Assembly: GCA_002633005.1 (NCBI GenBank)
Contig: NMRA01000485.1
Coordinates: forward strand, 186,442 to 250,441
Origin: Phoronis australis
Taxonomy: Eukaryota; Animalia; Phoronida
Direction: 5' to 3'
Length of the DNA: 64,000 nucleotides
Part shown: piece after piece, positions 62,209 to 64,000 of the stretch
How positions within the stretch are numbered: position 1 is the stretch's first letter
Layout: the number at the start of each line of letters is the position of its first letter
Notes under the pieces: generated by a model
The model's database searches: none
Seen by the model: the letters and a program-made list of their open reading frames with translations, nothing else
What the model was told of the DNA's origin: nothing
Program-made: the position numbers and the translations under genes

Positions 62209-62528
62209 CTGTAGATTCATTACTCTGTCTGTAATGGGTTTTTTTAATAGTAAACACTAATGCTATAAAGATGAGGACAATTTTGAGACCATGTCCTTGG
62301 AGCTAATCAGCCCATTTTGTAACAAAACGTCTCTAAATACAATTTGAAGCTAAATGTTTTATGTCTTGGACATTACACTGCGTTTGTTTCGTGAACCTAT
62401 GAAGATCAATTGTCAAGACTGGTGCAAAACCTATCTTGAATGAGAATGATATGAAAGTAATGGTCTCCTCTGCCAAGTTTATGTTATAAAGCAATGGTCT
62501 CCCCTGTCAAGGTTATGTTAAAGTTCAC

Positions 62529-62597
62529 CATGAGGCGCTCTTGCATAGATGACTAACTTGGACAGCTTGTGCTTGAAGTGGCTGGGGTTGTACTTCA
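62529..62597 (-). CDS. Unidentified gene, internal exon ((V)KYNPSHFKHKLSKLVIYARAPH)
   Basis: tctcatttcag|TG...ATG|gtgaac, 69 nt, phase 1 to 1. Confidence 0.8.
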
Positions 62598-63516
62598 CTG
62601 AAATGAGACAGATGTAGAAAATCAAACAGAAGAATTCTGAGTCATCATCCGGGCCTGGGTATCATTTTGGGCTTTGAAGGGGTAACTAGTCTGCAGTGGC
62701 TTAGAACTTTGCAGACATGGGTGTCATTCACATGCAATAGACCTTTTAAAATTTACTGGCAAGTCCCTGCTCTTAGTCATACAACTGTCCCACTTGGACG
62801 TGAGTGAAACACAGCTTAACAAAGGCTTTATCGTCGTTGGTGAGGAGATAATTGTTTTACTACCCCCTAAGGATACATGTAGCTGAATAGCTGAGCCAGT
62901 CCGAAATGTGATCTTTGTACTCGAAATCCAACTCGTTATTTTTTGAAATTTAAATAGTCGGCACTCAAGATTGAGTGTTTATTGGTATGTGCTGGAGTGT
63001 ATTATGGTTTACGCAGATGAGTGACGTTCTAAACTTTTCTAGCACTTGATGACCTCTAGATCCGAGCTACAGACTTAAGTAAAAATTCAAAATTTCGAGT
63101 TCAGACTTGAATTTGTAGCTTTAATACGTAGTCCATGACAGCGTTCTGTCGTTCAGCGACTTTTCCAGATGTGAGGAGTTCTGAACCTGCGATAACATCT
63201 GGCTCTTTTGTTAACTGATCAAATTTGACAACCTGAATTACACTTTCACACACAATTTGGTGAAACTTCCCTAAACCTCGTCGAAAAAAAGTTGATGAAA
63301 ACAGGGAAGTTTATGATTAAATGAACAACTTAATGAAGAAAAAGAAGACAAGAAAAAGAAAAAGAAAATAAAAAATCTACAAAGTGCCACTTGAACCTTT
63401 TTGTCTAGAGGAATATTTATTAAATTTTTGATGTGTTAACAATTTCAGGTAAATGTGTTTTTAAACAATGAGGAATTCAACAAAGCCATTCACTGGGTTG
63501 AGATTAAGCCACCTAC

Positions 63517-63562
63517 CAACACCCTTCTTTTTGTCCACGATATACTCTTCTTCCTTAAGACC
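63517..63562 (-). CDS. Unidentified gene, internal exon (GLKEEEYIVDKKKGV)
   Basis: ttttgtttcag|GGT...TTG|gtaggt, 46 nt, phase 0 to 1. Confidence 0.8.
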
Positions 63563-63955
63563 CTGAAACAAAAGGTTTTCATTTAATTACCATTTTCCGA
63601 TACTGCAACATCATATTAATAAATAAACTGTGTCCCTAGAAGGCAACAGTTTAGGTGACCAATGTTCAGCGCCATCTAAAGATCACCAGGTGACTTAGAT
63701 AAAGATTAAGGCAGGCAAGTCACAGGTTTTTTTGATATAATGCTTGCTATCATTATGCTCTCAATTAACATGACTGTAAAAGTGTAGTTTAATGTTCAAA
63801 TGATTGCCACAAAAACTGTGTTACAAAACGACCATGAATGATAGCAATCATAGCATTTTAGAATTGTCAACATGGTACGCAAAAACAGAAATAATCATGA
63901 ATGAGCAAAGTACGAGTGAGATCAGAAATTTTACTGAGTTTTTCTGGGACCTTAC

Positions 63956-64000
63956 CTCTGCATATTCTGGGATGCCGTTGATAATTTCTGCAGAGAACTC
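63956..64000 (-). CDS. Unidentified gene, coding exon probably truncated by the window edge (EFSAEIINGIPEYAE)
   Basis: Minus-strand donor GAG|gtaagg at 63956, open frame, phase 0. Confidence 0.7.

Overview
AT-rich, repeat-rich eukaryotic genomic DNA from a draft assembly (N gaps, one probable allelic false duplication), most likely a non-vertebrate bilaterian, probably a marine invertebrate. Three spliced protein-coding genes can be built by hand with phase-consistent GT-AG introns. (1) A corazonin-type receptor of the GnRH/AKH/CRZ GPCR family on + (18140-18787, 24696-24900, 38958-39298; about 397 aa, or 383 aa if a small fourth exon at 39456-39471 is used). (2) A complete PSMG2/PAC2 proteasome assembly chaperone on + (7 coding exons, 52295-58819, 266 aa). 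(3) The 3' five coding exons of an unrecognised gene on - (61763-64000). Each large receptor intron holds a decayed minus-strand element encoding a PIN/FEN1-like nuclease with a C-terminal Cys-rich (CXC-like) region. A PSMG2 intron holds a tRNA-bearing miniature LTR element (Helenus-like TRIM) and a perfect 31-bp-arm palindrome. Many MITEs and dispersed repeats fill the rest. Most ORFs in the supplied track are spurious. Protein identities come from motif recognition by eye, not from database searches.
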